NCBI GenBank assembly: GCA_965267345.1
Contig: OZ253947.1
Span: forward strand, 489,964-553,963
Source of the DNA: Minisyncoccota bacterium
GTDB lineage: Bacteria > Patescibacteriota > Minisyncoccia > Phycocordibacterales > UBA2100
DNA: 64,000 nucleotides
Direction of reading: 5' to 3'
Part shown: piece after piece, positions 51,018-61,275 of the stretch
How the letters are laid out: each line of letters opens with the position of its first letter
Numbering within the stretch: the stretch's first letter is position 1
Notes under the pieces: model-generated
Databases searched by the model: none
What the model was told of the DNA's origin: nothing
The model's input: only the letters and a program-made list of their open reading frames with translations
Position numbers and translations under genes: made by a program

Positions 51018-51250
51018 AGCAAATAAAAAAGCCGTATAAATACGGGCATTGAAACTAAGAGTTCGACCTCGGCATGTCTGACCCCAGCCCTGCAAGCAAG
51101 ACTGGGTGCACGCTGTCTTAAGCCCGTTCCGCGACACTATACCAGAGTTTATCATCGATGCAACGCAAATATTGACTAAGAGATACACAAGTGTCACTAT
51201 TTGGTCGCCCAATCGTATCGTGGGGCACAATACGCGATACGCAGATACCA
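51018..51250 (-). promoter_or_regulatory. candidate rplJ (L10) leader / promoter region
   Basis: ~230-nt untranslated region upstream of rplJ; L10 leaders are autoregulatory in other bacteria. Confidence 0.3.
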
Positions 51251-51262
51251 CGAGGTACTAGT

Positions 51263-51472
51263 ATGGCTGAATTGTCTGAAGACGAGCGTGCCCTCATTGG
51301 GAACGCGCAGCATATCGGTCAAGAAGCAGGGGCAATGGTGGAATGCATCATCACGTCGATCGCATCGCCAGCAGAGCGAGCAAAAGCGATCGACCAGATG
51401 TTCGAAAACGATCCCAATACGCGCAAGCGGATATACGCTCTCGCGTGCCAAGAAGGTGTTCCGCTCGCCTGA
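51263..51472 (+). CDS. hypothetical small acidic protein
   Basis: 69 aa MAELSEDERALIGNAQHIGQEAGAMVECIITS...; followed by clean terminator. Confidence 0.4.
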   Translation: MAELSEDERALIGNAQHIGQEAGAMVECIITSIASPAERAKAIDQMFENDPNTRKRIYALACQEGVPLA

Positions 51473-51502
51473 AACAGCAACCTGCCTCTATTCCTCTCAA
51501 AC

Positions 51503-51536
51503 CACGGGCCCAGAACAGGCCCGTGGTTTTCTTTTT
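51503..51536 (+). terminator. rho-independent terminator
   Basis: CCACGGGCC-CAGAACAG-GCCCGTGG followed by TTTTCTTTTT. Confidence 0.75.
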
Positions 51537-51645
51537 ACACACGACTGTGCAGTACCAAATTGACACCCACCAGAGCAGGGAGCATCATTAATGCTAGACC
51601 CATTCCTACGGGGATAGAATACGTAGGAGTAACGTTTATGGGGAC

Positions 51646-51861
51646 ATGGTATGCCATCTGGCGAAAAAACCTTACCGCCTTCAAGAGAGGCTCTGCCAAA
51701 AAATTGGCGAGAGCGATGAGCGCATTCGACAGGCACTCGAGTCTTACTTCCGCGACACAGACAACACGTCGCTTGAAAAATACCTTCCCGACGACACCGA
51801 ACGCGCATTCGCTACCGATTTCGCCGAGGACATGGGAGTCTCTCTCAAGCATCAACGTTAG
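51646..51861 (+). CDS. hypothetical small protein
   Basis: 71 aa, convergent with downstream gene, followed by bidirectional terminator. Confidence 0.35.
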   Translation: MVCHLAKKPYRLQERLCQKIGESDERIRQALESYFRDTDNTSLEKYLPDDTERAFATDFAEDMGVSLKHQR

Positions 51862-51895
51862 AAAACGTGGGCGCCTCGGCGCCCACGTTCTTTGT
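51862..51895. terminator. bidirectional terminator hairpin between convergent genes
   Basis: AACGTGGGCGCC-TCG-GCGCCCACGTT with T-runs on both sides. Confidence 0.65.
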
Positions 51896-51897
51896 CC

Positions 51898-52422
51898 CTA
51901 CGAACCGCTTTTCACAATAACGTCACGCACCTCACCTAAAAAGTCTCTGAGGGTTTTAATAACAAAATCAGATTTTTGTTGCGTTACGGCATCATCAGAC
52001 CCCCCTTCGTTCGAGAGCCACAACTCCTCATATCTACGCCGTATACCCTGCAACGACTGCTTGAGTTTGAGCTTCGTCTCTGCGTCCCCGTTTTCTTGCA
52101 TCAAAAACAGCTCAACACGCGGAAGGACGGCACCAATCGTATTACCGCGCAGCGCATTTCGTTCGTAGGCCGCCCGTGTTTCCTTTGGCAATGAGCTGCG
52201 CCATGCACGTCGCTCTTCATGTGTCGCAAACGCATTTGGCTTGTCCACGACAAGCGGCAGCTGCAGGTATGCATCAATTGCCTCAGCACACTGCTTAGCT
52301 GCGGCAGATGCAGACTCAGGTACCGGAGGAAGATCAAGGTCGGGCACACCGAGAATATAAGCCACCTTCTTCGTTTCCATGAGGTCTGCTTCCTTTTCTT
52401 TATTGCTGAATCCCTCCTTCAT
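51898..52422 (-). CDS. hypothetical protein
   Basis: 174 aa, no recognisable domain. Confidence 0.45.
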   Translation of the reverse strand: MKEGFSNKEKEADLMETKKVAYILGVPDLDLPPVPESASAAAKQCAEAIDAYLQLPLVVDKPNAFATHEERRAWRSSLPKETRAAYERNALRGNTIGAVLPRVELFLMQENGDAETKLKLKQSLQGIRRRYEELWLSNEGGSDDAVTQQKSDFVIKTLRDFLGEVRDVIVKSGS

Positions 52423-52772
52423 ACAGAAAACACTAATTACTGCATAAACAGCAACGTCGCCGCTGCCTGTTTCAATTCACTAAACGTCACGTCGTAGTAG
52501 TTCACGGCAAGAATGAGCACCAAGCTTGTCGAGAGAATGAAAATAAACCCAAAAACAAAGTTAAAGAATGTGGTGTTAAAAAGCGAATTCCTGTTCATAC
52601 AAACCATTATAGTAGCCACACGCCCCTACCGCCACCCACCAATACAAGGACCGACCTTGTTCATACAAGGTCGGTCCTTGTTGACTTTTGCTGTTATCTC
52701 TTGGGGTGGTTTAGTGGAGTTGGTTGGGGGTGGGTGCTTGGAGATGTTGTCGGTTGGGGGTGGGTGGTTAGA

Positions 52773-53414
52773 CTAGAGCTCGAGGATGAGGAATTCGCCT
52801 GCTTGGGCATTGTACGCAAAGCGCACACGGAATGGCAGTTGCGACCCTTTAGGGTACACAGCGATCTCGTAGATGCCGTACTCAGGGTCAACGAGCTCAA
52901 CGTCAGCAACGTCCCCTGTGTAGTACGCCTGTACCACGGGGTGTAGCGCTTCGCGTGCTGCGCGCTGCTCGAAAGCGACGCGGTATGAGGCACGTGCCGA
53001 TGGCTCAATGTACGTCAGCGCGCGCTCCGTGTCCTTTACACTCATTGCTCGTGCAAAGTAGTAAAGTGCTGATGCGGGTGAATCTGCTACCTGTCGGGGT
53101 CCTAAATCTACCTGTGGTACTTGCTGGGTGTTCTGTGCCGTACCGGCACCGGCCGCTGCAGCAGGCTGCGTGTTCGTTGTTTGGCTCTGCGCGGTTTCGG
53201 TGCGTGGTGTATCTGCACTCTCGTCGCTCTGTGGCGTTGTGGTCGCCGATTCGTCACCTGTAGTTTCTCTCTGCTCTTCTTCTACCATGCCTGTGTCAGC
53301 AGGAAGCGCAACCTTCTTATTTGCAGTATAAGCGTACAGCCCGATACCGACAGCGAGTAGAATGATCACCGCCGTGAGTGCGTACAGTGCGTCTTTGTTT
53401 TTTAATTTTTCCAT
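52773..53414 (-). CDS. hypothetical membrane-anchored protein (N-terminal TM, Thr/Gln-rich linker, C-terminal globular domain)
   Basis: start at internal ATG (MEKLKNK...), ORF track start 53513. Confidence 0.5.
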   Translation of the reverse strand: MEKLKNKDALYALTAVIILLAVGIGLYAYTANKKVALPADTGMVEEEQRETTGDESATTTPQSDESADTPRTETAQSQTTNTQPAAAAGAGTAQNTQQVPQVDLGPRQVADSPASALYYFARAMSVKDTERALTYIEPSARASYRVAFEQRAAREALHPVVQAYYTGDVADVELVDPEYGIYEIAVYPKGSQLPFRVRFAYNAQAGEFLILEL

Positions 53415-53456
53415 ATAGGCACTATGGTACCTTCTTCTGTGCGCTGCGCCAAGTAC

Positions 53457-53545
53457 GCAAAAACCCGCACGGATATGTGCGGGTTTTTGCTTTTCTTTTT
53501 TTCGGGCAAGCATAGGAAAACCCCCTCAGTTGAGGGGGTTTTCCG
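53457..53545 (-). terminator. two tandem terminator hairpins downstream of the giant surface-protein gene
   Basis: GCAAAAACCCGCAC-GGATAT-GTGCGGGTTTTTGC and AAAACCCCCTC-AGTT-GAGGGGGTTTT, T-rich flanks. Confidence 0.65.
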
Positions 53546-53584
53546 TTACTCAGCTAACCAAAGTTAGAAGAGTGAGACTTACTA

Positions 53585-56500
53585 CTACGATGGGTTGACG
53601 TGGGTTGGTCCGAAGATGTCACCCTTGAATACGTCGTCACCCTCTGAGTAGTACGAGCTGTCACCTTCAATTTGGTACTTGAGGTTACCAGCTGCGTCGT
53701 CTGAGAGCCATGCCTGAAGCGTGTTACCGTCGGTTGCAAGACCTGCGGTGTTTACACGAATCTGGATCTCCTTCGAGCTTCCTGCAGGAATGGTCAGTTC
53801 GTTGTCTGCAAAGACAATGTCTGCTGACGTGCTTCCTGTAGTTGAGCCCATGTCGACAGTGTCGAGAGTCAAACCAGTACTGGTCTCGATAGCCTTAACA
53901 GCGTTGGTTGCTGAAGTAAGGGTACCTGCAATCTCGAAGTTTACCTGCAGTGAGCTTGTTGCGTTGAAGGTAATGTCTTCGTCACCTGAGTTGGTGATCA
54001 CAATCTTCGCTGCAAGGTAGTTTGAGCTTGGACCAAGCACGGTGCTGACGCCACTGTTGTTGAATGCGAAGCTTGGGATAGCCTCGTAAATGGTGTGGGT
54101 TGCAGCGTCAACTGAGGTGTCAGTTGAGTCGACTGCTGAACCTGAACCGTTACCGGTTGTTTCAACGTCGCCTGCTGCTGCAATCGTTACCTTAACAGTG
54201 TCACCGTTCTGAACGCCGTTGGTTACAACGTCGTTCATGACACCCTTAACGGTTACCTTCACGTTGCCGTTTGCCGGAACGGTGAGTGAACCGTCAGTGA
54301 GGAATACCTCTGCGGTACCGCTCGTTGGGAATGCTTCACCCAACTTGGTTGAGCCGTTGTACAGAACGTACTTCGATACTGGCTCGGTACCGTTAGTGGT
54401 TGTACCGTCGTCCGTAATCTTGATGCTGTCAACGTCGAGTGATTCAACGTTGTTTGCTGCAAGACGGAATACACCGAGTGTCTGCTCGCTTGACGCGTTG
54501 TCAAGAACGAGTGATGCCTTTGGTGATGAGTTGTCAACGGTTACCGTCAATGTACCACCGCTTGATACGGTCATGGTCTGACCTGCTCCTGATGGTGTTA
54601 CACCAGTGATGGTACTACCAGAGGTCAGGCCTACAGCCGTAACTGCATTCACAGCCTGGTCAAGGCTGATGGTGTGGGTATCACCAGTGGTTGCGCCTGA
54701 CGCAAGGTCAGCAACAATCGCAATTTCAACTGCGCTGTTTTTCGCAATGGTGATGTGAGTGTCAAGCGTAATGCTCAACGTTTTGTCTGGGTTTCCACCG
54801 TCGGTGAGTTGCTCAGCGTCAGCAACGCGCGTTTCGAACTTGTCGCCACGTACTGAGTCGTTGCTTGAGCCACCTGAAAGGTTTGCCCAAATTTCAACGT
54901 TGTCAATCGTACCTGCATCGTCACCTGCGTCACCGAGAGTGTCCTCAATCACGAGTGCGGTTACACGTACGTCCTCACCTGAGTTTGCTGCGTTCAATGA
55001 CGCTGTCGCAAAGACAAAGTCGTTCTGACCAGCCACGATTGAACGTGCTGCAGGTGTGGTGAGCGTGGTTGCAGTAAAGGTTGCTGTCTTCACCGTCATG
55101 GTGTTTGCAGTAGCCGTTGAACCTGGAAGGGTCACGGTGTCACCAGTGCTGTCACCGGTAGCGTCAGACCAGTCCGAGTTCGGGTTGGTACTGAGTGCAA
55201 GCGTGTCGTTTGCTGCCCAGTCTGAGTCAAGCTGACCACGTACGTATACGGTGGTTACACCTGTTGGGAATGACACGTTGCTGAATGTCAGCGCGTCGGT
55301 TGTCGTCGTGCTGCTGCCGAGACTCGATGATGAGTCAACAGGACCTGCAAGCACTGCACCGTTCTGGTCAACCAGCGTTACGTTGGTCAACGAACGAGTC
55401 GTGACACCAGCGTCAACGGTTACGTCGAAATTCAGGGTCTGAACGGTTACGCCCTCACCCTTAATGTCAACGTTGAATGCACCGAGGAGCTCGTCAGACT
55501 TCTGCTTTGCAATGTTTGCTGCAGGAGCTGCGTTACTCTTCGATACTGAGCTGAATGAACCAGCTGAAATGGTAACGACTGATGCGTCGTATACCGGTGT
55601 GCTTGAAGTGAAGCCAGTACCAGCTGTTGGCGTCAAGCCGTAGCCGTAGGTTTCACCCGTTGCGTAGATGTCGGTGAATCGGTACACGTCGAAGGCAACG
55701 GTACGGCTGGTGCCGCTGATGATGTCGCCCTTAACTACCAACTCTTTCGAACGTCCTTCCTCGATTACGAGGCCTGAACCGAAGTTTACGGTGTAGTAGT
55801 CACCGCTTACGGTTGGTGTGTAGGTTGTACCGTCAACGATTACCTTCACGTCAGCAAGGTCACTTGCTGATGCTGAACCGCTCTGCTCGAAGCGAACTGA
55901 GTGAAGACGTACGTCCTCCTCTGAACCTGCGGTGAGCTTAATTGCGGTAAAGGTGTAGTCGTTGGTTCCGATTTCCTTCGTCTGTGCTGCGTTTGGATCT
56001 TCTACACCACGTGCTGCAGTAACGCTACCAATCGACAGTGTCGCGTTGATAGTGTGGGATGCTCCTGAAATTGGGAGTGATCCTGCAACTGAAGCTGAGG
56101 TGTTGATGCCAACAACAGAGAATGATGCAACTTCACCAGCGTAGTTGGTGAGGGTGCTCTCCATGTTTGCTGCAACGGTGAAGGTGTGGGTCTCACCTGG
56201 CTGAAGCGTTACCGCCTCGCCGATGGTTGCACGGTGGTTTGAACCAAGTACGCGTGCGTTACCAAGCTGAAGACCGTTCTGGTTCAACAGTACGATGCCG
56301 TCGAAGGCATTGTCCTGTGCAAGACCGGTTCGCTCAACCGTTACTGAGTTGATCGTCTGAACTGAACCTGAGTTGTTGGTCAATGTGAACTTGGTGAATG
56401 GTACGCGTGCCGCACCAGCTGGTGCGAGTGCGTTACCCGGCTGTGCAGCCGCTGAAACCGTTACACCTGTGCCGGTTGGCGTGGTGCCGGTACCAGTTCC

Positions 56501-56989
56501 TGTTCCGGTGCCTGCGCCACCACCGAGGGTGTTAGCGTATGCACGTGTACTTGGACCCCAGTAACCAGTTCCCTGTGAGAGACCAACTGGTGCAAGAATC
56601 TGTGCTGCGTTTGCGTTCTGGAACGCAATCACTGCGGCACGAGTTCGTGAACCGAAGTATGATGTCTCGTTACCCGGTGAACCTGCTCCTGAAGTAGCAA
56701 CAGTGAATCCCTGTGCGTTCAGAAACTTCTGGATTTCCATAACCTCACCTCCCTGGTCACCAAGCTCGTGGTTGAGAGTGAAGTTGTAGCTTGCTGAAGT
56801 TGAGCCTCCACCCTGAAGGTTTGAGAGCTGCGACTGCAAGCCTGCGATTGTTGAGAGCAGTGAGTTGATCTGTGCGGTGAGTTCTTCAACTGTCTGTGCC
56901 TGTGCCGGTGTGACAAAAGCAAAACTGAAGACCATCGCAACACCAACAGCTGCTGCTGCAACTTTGTGTGTTGATAATGCAATACTCAT
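53585..56989 (-). CDS. giant secreted cell-surface protein: signal peptide, PG_binding_1-like domain, (GT)n linker, long beta-rich Thr/Ser/Val-rich body
   Basis: 1134 aa; MSIALSTHKVAAAAVGVAMVFSFAFVTPAQA signal; LGDQGGEVMEIQKFLNAQGF...TRAAVIAFQ peptidoglycan-binding-like; GTGTGTGTGT linker. Confidence 0.7.
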   Translation of the reverse strand: MSIALSTHKVAAAAVGVAMVFSFAFVTPAQAQTVEELTAQINSLLSTIAGLQSQLSNLQGGGSTSASYNFTLNHELGDQGGEVMEIQKFLNAQGFTVATSGAGSPGNETSYFGSRTRAAVIAFQNANAAQILAPVGLSQGTGYWGPSTRAYANTLGGGAGTGTGTGTGTTPTGTGVTVSAAAQPGNALAPAGAARVPFTKFTLTNNSGSVQTINSVTVERTGLAQDNAFDGIVLLNQNGLQLGNARVLGSNHRATIGEAVTLQPGETHTFTVAANMESTLTNYAGEVASFSVVGINTSASVAGSLPISGASHTINATLSIGSVTAARGVEDPNAAQTKEIGTNDYTFTAIKLTAGSEEDVRLHSVRFEQSGSASASDLADVKVIVDGTTYTPTVSGDYYTVNFGSGLVIEEGRSKELVVKGDIISGTSRTVAFDVYRFTDIYATGETYGYGLTPTAGTGFTSSTPVYDASVVTISAGSFSSVSKSNAAPAANIAKQKSDELLGAFNVDIKGEGVTVQTLNFDVTVDAGVTTRSLTNVTLVDQNGAVLAGPVDSSSSLGSSTTTTDALTFSNVSFPTGVTTVYVRGQLDSDWAANDTLALSTNPNSDWSDATGDSTGDTVTLPGSTATANTMTVKTATFTATTLTTPAARSIVAGQNDFVFATASLNAANSGEDVRVTALVIEDTLGDAGDDAGTIDNVEIWANLSGGSSNDSVRGDKFETRVADAEQLTDGGNPDKTLSITLDTHITIAKNSAVEIAIVADLASGATTGDTHTISLDQAVNAVTAVGLTSGSTITGVTPSGAGQTMTVSSGGTLTVTVDNSSPKASLVLDNASSEQTLGVFRLAANNVESLDVDSIKITDDGTTTNGTEPVSKYVLYNGSTKLGEAFPTSGTAEVFLTDGSLTVPANGNVKVTVKGVMNDVVTNGVQNGDTVKVTIAAAGDVETTGNGSGSAVDSTDTSVDAATHTIYEAIPSFAFNNSGVSTVLGPSSNYLAAKIVITNSGDEDITFNATSSLQVNFEIAGTLTSATNAVKAIETSTGLTLDTVDMGSTTGSTSADIVFADNELTIPAGSSKEIQIRVNTAGLATDGNTLQAWLSDDAAGNLKYQIEGDSSYYSEGDDVFKGDIFGPTHVNPS

Positions 56990-57842
56990 AATTTTGTTTA
57001 TTACTGTATCTCACCTCTTAACTGAAGTGGGATACACCTTATAGACCTTGTAACTACGAAGTCCGAGCTGTCCTCGGGATAATCCCCGAGACATTCGTAT
57101 GCCCGGAGACCCATAGCCGCGATGCCAAGTCTGTTCGACCAAACTCAACGCCGCGTTTTGTGTGGTGCCAGTACTGAAAGTGAGTGCGAAAAATTACTAC
57201 TAATAAAATGTGTAATGGATCGCGCCTCGCTTCGTTCCCGACCGAACCTATTAATCGCTATCTTGCCGGTACCTTTATTTCGACTCGGTACCAGTGCAAG
57301 GCAGCTGACAAATGTTTTGTCTGTGTGTCTGCGTTTCTTTCGATGGAGTGCGTTGAATACACACTCGCGGGACAGTGCTTCCGTTTCGGTATCTGTTCTG
57401 TAGCGTATAGACGACCAACGTCGCCAACGCTTACGCGCATGCCACGCACCTTTTGTGCGAAGCCATGCGTACACAACCGTCTGTGTTATTCAGTTGTCAA
57501 TGAACATCTGAAGTAGTGGCATACACGCACACTACTTACCCAACATTATAGCGTCATGACCCCTTTGGGCAACGAACAAAGCGCCATAATGTGGATAGCG
57601 CACTACAACGCAAAGGCGGCTCGCAGAGCGAGCACGCACAGTGGTTATAGTTAGGCTGCAGCATAGCGAAAAAAGGCTCTAAGAGCAAGGGTTGGTGGGA
57701 CCGTGCAAGCAATTCCCCACTACGATGTGTCAGGCACATTTCGGTTGCACCGCATCGCGCACATCGTGGTAGCTGTGTGCGACACCACTACGCCCTCGTG
57801 CGGCGACCGTGGTAGTACCACCCGACTCACCGCCTCCTTGCG

Positions 57843-58664
57843 CTACAGTGCCAGTGCGTACGTTGTCCACCGCTTCTCACCCTCCTTCGTCACCACACCG
57901 TCGGCCACGAGTGCGGCCAATTCACGTTGAATTGTCTTCTCGCTCACGCCCGTCACCTCGCGCGCAATGTCCTTTACGTGCACCTGCTTCTTTTTAGAAA
58001 TAACATCGAGGATGCGCATGCGACGGTTATCGCTACGGCGACGTGTGCGCACCGATGTATTGGTTCCTTTTTTTACCGAGTCAGAATCAGTTTTTGTGTC
58101 CTTTATATTTTTTGTGTCCTTTTTAGTGTCCGTTACAGACGTGTCCTTTACATTGTTATTTTGTCCTTTAGAAATATGTCCGTGGGTATCAGTGAGTGGC
58201 GCTGCAAAATAGTCGCGCGGCAACTCAACCGGATCAGTGTGTACGCCGTCACTGGCACCGACGAGGAAGTGCGCAAAGTCTGCGTACGCATACTTCACCA
58301 CATCGGCATTCATATCAGACACCCAGCCCGCTGCATGGAGCACGTCAATGAGCGACATAATCAAACGCGTAGCTGCGACGACATCGTACACTGCGGCACC
58401 GGCTGCAAAGCGCACGCCCTTGCGCAAGCGGAGGGTGTGCGTCAGCAGTTCCTGCACTGCCGTGCGCACCGCAGCGCGCGCCGGCTCATCAGCTGCAACG
58501 CCGTTGGTAATTAAATGCGTGGCAATGGCCAGACGTTCCGCTTTTCGATACGCAATGTCGGCAGTGCGATTCGCGCCGAATGGTGCTGCACTCTGGTTTG
58601 CATCACTACTGCGCTGACGATATACGTCCAATTGATTTTCAGTGTTAAAGCTGTTCTTTTTCAT
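57843..58664 (-). CDS. transcriptional regulator with C-terminal winged HTH and Lys/Asp/Thr-rich linker
   Basis: C-terminus ...ILDVISKKKQVHVKDIAREVTGVSEKTIQRELAALVADGVVTKEG...; N-terminal domain unassigned. Confidence 0.55.
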   Translation of the reverse strand: MKKNSFNTENQLDVYRQRSSDANQSAAPFGANRTADIAYRKAERLAIATHLITNGVAADEPARAAVRTAVQELLTHTLRLRKGVRFAAGAAVYDVVAATRLIMSLIDVLHAAGWVSDMNADVVKYAYADFAHFLVGASDGVHTDPVELPRDYFAAPLTDTHGHISKGQNNNVKDTSVTDTKKDTKNIKDTKTDSDSVKKGTNTSVRTRRRSDNRRMRILDVISKKKQVHVKDIAREVTGVSEKTIQRELAALVADGVVTKEGEKRWTTYALAL

Positions 58665-58666
58665 GT

Positions 58667-58743
58667 TATGTCCGTTATATAACGGACATATGTTTACATA
58701 TTTTGTCCGTTACAAAACATGTCCGTTATGCTGTCCGTTACAC
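58667..58743. promoter_or_regulatory. operator-like array: 22-bp perfect palindrome ATGTCCGTTATATAACGGACAT abutting the regulator start codon plus three direct TGTCCGTTA repeats
   Basis: Read directly in the divergent intergenic region between the wHTH regulator and ftsK. Confidence 0.6.
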
Positions 58744-58896
58744 TTCTTTCCATAATACGAATTTGTCCTTTAAAAGCAAGAGATTCGCTTTTTCCGCTTT
58801 TTGTGTTTTCTGCCACCGCTACAGTAAATAGGTAGCCGCTGCACGCACTGTGCATGTGGTATCATTGCACTATATTTCCCTAAACGTGAAGCGACA

Positions 58897-61263
58897 ATGA
58901 CTCGAAAGACGACCGCCAAAAAACGCACCGCGCGTAAAACAACACGAGCAACCAAACGGACCACCCGCACACCAAAGAAAACTGAAACCTCCGAGGAACA
59001 GGAATCGTTTTTTGAAGGTGGGCTGCAGTCGGAAACCATGCGTGGCGTCTGGGGCATCCTTGCTATCGCCGCTGCTATCTTTTTCACCCTCGCCGGCTTT
59101 GAGCTCGCAGGAAAATTCGGGCACAGCGTGCACGTCTGGCTGAATGCACTGTTCGGTGTCGGCTACGCACTCATTCCCCTCTTCTTTCTGCTGTTGGCCG
59201 TTATGCTCTTCCGCTCATTTAACAACCACGAACTGGGCGCTGTGCGTATTGCAAGCGCGTTTGTGTTTGTGCTCGCCGGTCTTGGCCTCATCGGCACACT
59301 TGCCGACGCACGTGGCGGCCTACTCGGGCAGCTCGTCTCGGCACCGCTCGTGTACTTCGTCGACCGGCTGGCAACTATCGTCATCCTCATTGCCATTGCT
59401 GCCGTGTCACTGGTCATTGCATTCGATGCACATCCACTGAGCTTCTTCTCACGTGTCCGTGACCGCCTGAACGACGATGAAGAGGACGAGGACCTGCTGG
59501 AAGAAGATGAAGCAGCACGCGTCGATCAATCGCAACCTGAAGACGACGAGCCTGAAGCGGAGCCGGCACCCGCCCCTGAACCGGAAGAAAAGAAAGAGAA
59601 AAAGGGTGGCATCTTTACCTTTGGCGGCGACACTGAGAAAAGCGAGGGCGACGGCATGTTCGCCTTCCCGACCGTTGCCGTTGCCGGAGCGTACACCCCA
59701 CCACCAATCTCACTCCTGCAGAAAGACAAAGGGCGCCCGTCAGTTGGTGACGTCAAAGCAAGTGCCAACACCATCAAGCGCACGCTCCACAACTTTGGTA
59801 TCGACGTTGAAATGGACGAAGTCGCCATCGGCCCAACGGTCACCCAGTATGCAATGAAGCCGGCAGAAGGCGTTCGCTTGGCAAAAATTGTCTCTCTGCA
59901 GAGCAACCTCGAGCTCGCGCTGGCGGCGACACCAATTCGCATCGAAGCACCGATTCCCGGTAAATCGCTCGTGGGTATCGAAGTGCCGAACAACACCAAA
60001 TCAATGCTGGGGCTGGGATCGCTCTTTGGTAGCAAGGAGTTCCAGAGTTCCGACAAGCCGCTGCTGATTGCCCTCGGGCGTGACATTGCCGGCAACCCGC
60101 ACTTTGCTAACATTTCAAAAATGCCCCACTTGTTGATCGCCGGTGCGACGGGTGCCGGAAAATCGGTCACCGTGCACGACCTCATTGTGTCACTCCTCTA
60201 CCGTCGCAGCCCGCAGGAGCTCCGCTTTATCATGGTTGATCCAAAGCGTGTTGAGCTCACCCTCTACAACAGCATTCCGCACCTGCTCACGCCGGTGATT
60301 ACCGATCCGAAAAAGGCAATTCTGGCGCTGAAGTGGCTCGCGAAAGAGATGGACCGACGCTACGATATCCTCGAAGCCGAGAAAGTGCGCGACATCGGCT
60401 CATACCACAAGAATGTGTACGAACCCGCACTGGCAAAACACAAGAAAAGCGGCGATGAAGACGCGAGCGATGTCCCTGAGCCAATGCCGTACATTGTCGC
60501 CATTATCGACGAGCTCTCCGACCTTATGCAGGCGTACCCACGCGAGCTCGAAGCTGCAATTGTGCGTCTCGCGCAGATGAGTCGTGCGGTTGGTATCCAC
60601 CTCATTCTCAGCACGCAGCGTCCGAGTGTGCAGGTTATTACGGGGCTCATTAAGGCAAACATCCCCGCACGCATTGCGCTGCAGGTCTCCTCACAAATCG
60701 ACTCGCGTACCATTCTCGATATGGGTGGCGCCGAGAAACTGCTGGGTGCAGGTGACATGCTCTACCTCTCCGGTGAGATGAGTAAGCCACGCCGTATTCA
60801 GGCACCGTACATCTCTGAGGAAGAGCTCAAAGCAGTGGTCAAGCACCTCGCCGACACCCACGCCGAAGAGCTGACCGACGAAATCGACCTCTCAGACGTT
60901 CAGCACGACACGAGCATCTTCTCTGCCTCAATGGGCGGTGGCGGTGACGACGATGATGACGAGCTCTACGAAGAAGCCAAGCAAGTCATCATCGAAGCCG
61001 GCAAAGGCTCAACATCATTCCTACAACGCAAGCTCCGCATCGGCTACGCCCGCGCAGCGCGCCTCATGGACATCCTCGAAGAACGCGGCGTCGTCGGACC
61101 GGCCGACGGCTCAAAGCCGCGCGAAGTCATCATGGAGCCGGATGTCGACGATGCTGACACTGACGACTATGACACCTCGGAGGAAGATGGTAGTGACGAC
61201 GAACCCGACGACGACGCGGTACGCTACGACGATGATGAAGACGAGGAGGACGAGCGCCGCTAG
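58897..61263 (+). CDS. ftsK: DNA translocase FtsK/SpoIIIE
   Basis: 4 TM N-terminus, Pro/Glu linker, motor domain with Walker A GATGAGKS, C-terminal gamma wHTH; poly-acidic C-terminal tail. Confidence 0.9.
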   Translation: MTRKTTAKKRTARKTTRATKRTTRTPKKTETSEEQESFFEGGLQSETMRGVWGILAIAAAIFFTLAGFELAGKFGHSVHVWLNALFGVGYALIPLFFLLLAVMLFRSFNNHELGAVRIASAFVFVLAGLGLIGTLADARGGLLGQLVSAPLVYFVDRLATIVILIAIAAVSLVIAFDAHPLSFFSRVRDRLNDDEEDEDLLEEDEAARVDQSQPEDDEPEAEPAPAPEPEEKKEKKGGIFTFGGDTEKSEGDGMFAFPTVAVAGAYTPPPISLLQKDKGRPSVGDVKASANTIKRTLHNFGIDVEMDEVAIGPTVTQYAMKPAEGVRLAKIVSLQSNLELALAATPIRIEAPIPGKSLVGIEVPNNTKSMLGLGSLFGSKEFQSSDKPLLIALGRDIAGNPHFANISKMPHLLIAGATGAGKSVTVHDLIVSLLYRRSPQELRFIMVDPKRVELTLYNSIPHLLTPVITDPKKAILALKWLAKEMDRRYDILEAEKVRDIGSYHKNVYEPALAKHKKSGDEDASDVPEPMPYIVAIIDELSDLMQAYPRELEAAIVRLAQMSRAVGIHLILSTQRPSVQVITGLIKANIPARIALQVSSQIDSRTILDMGGAEKLLGAGDMLYLSGEMSKPRRIQAPYISEEELKAVVKHLADTHAEELTDEIDLSDVQHDTSIFSASMGGGGDDDDDELYEEAKQVIIEAGKGSTSFLQRKLRIGYARAARLMDILEERGVVGPADGSKPREVIMEPDVDDADTDDYDTSEEDGSDDEPDDDAVRYDDDEDEEDERR

Positions 61264-61275
61264 TATACGCCGCCT

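Noticed and set aside
53121-53360. Plus-strand ORFs antisense to the 52773-53414 gene
   Set aside because: Cys/Val-rich shadow frames inside a better-supported minus-strand gene bounded by terminators
59144-60758. ORFs antisense to or out-of-frame within ftsK (e.g. 59526-60185, 60360-60758)
   Set aside because: Embedded in a gene with canonical FtsK motor motifs
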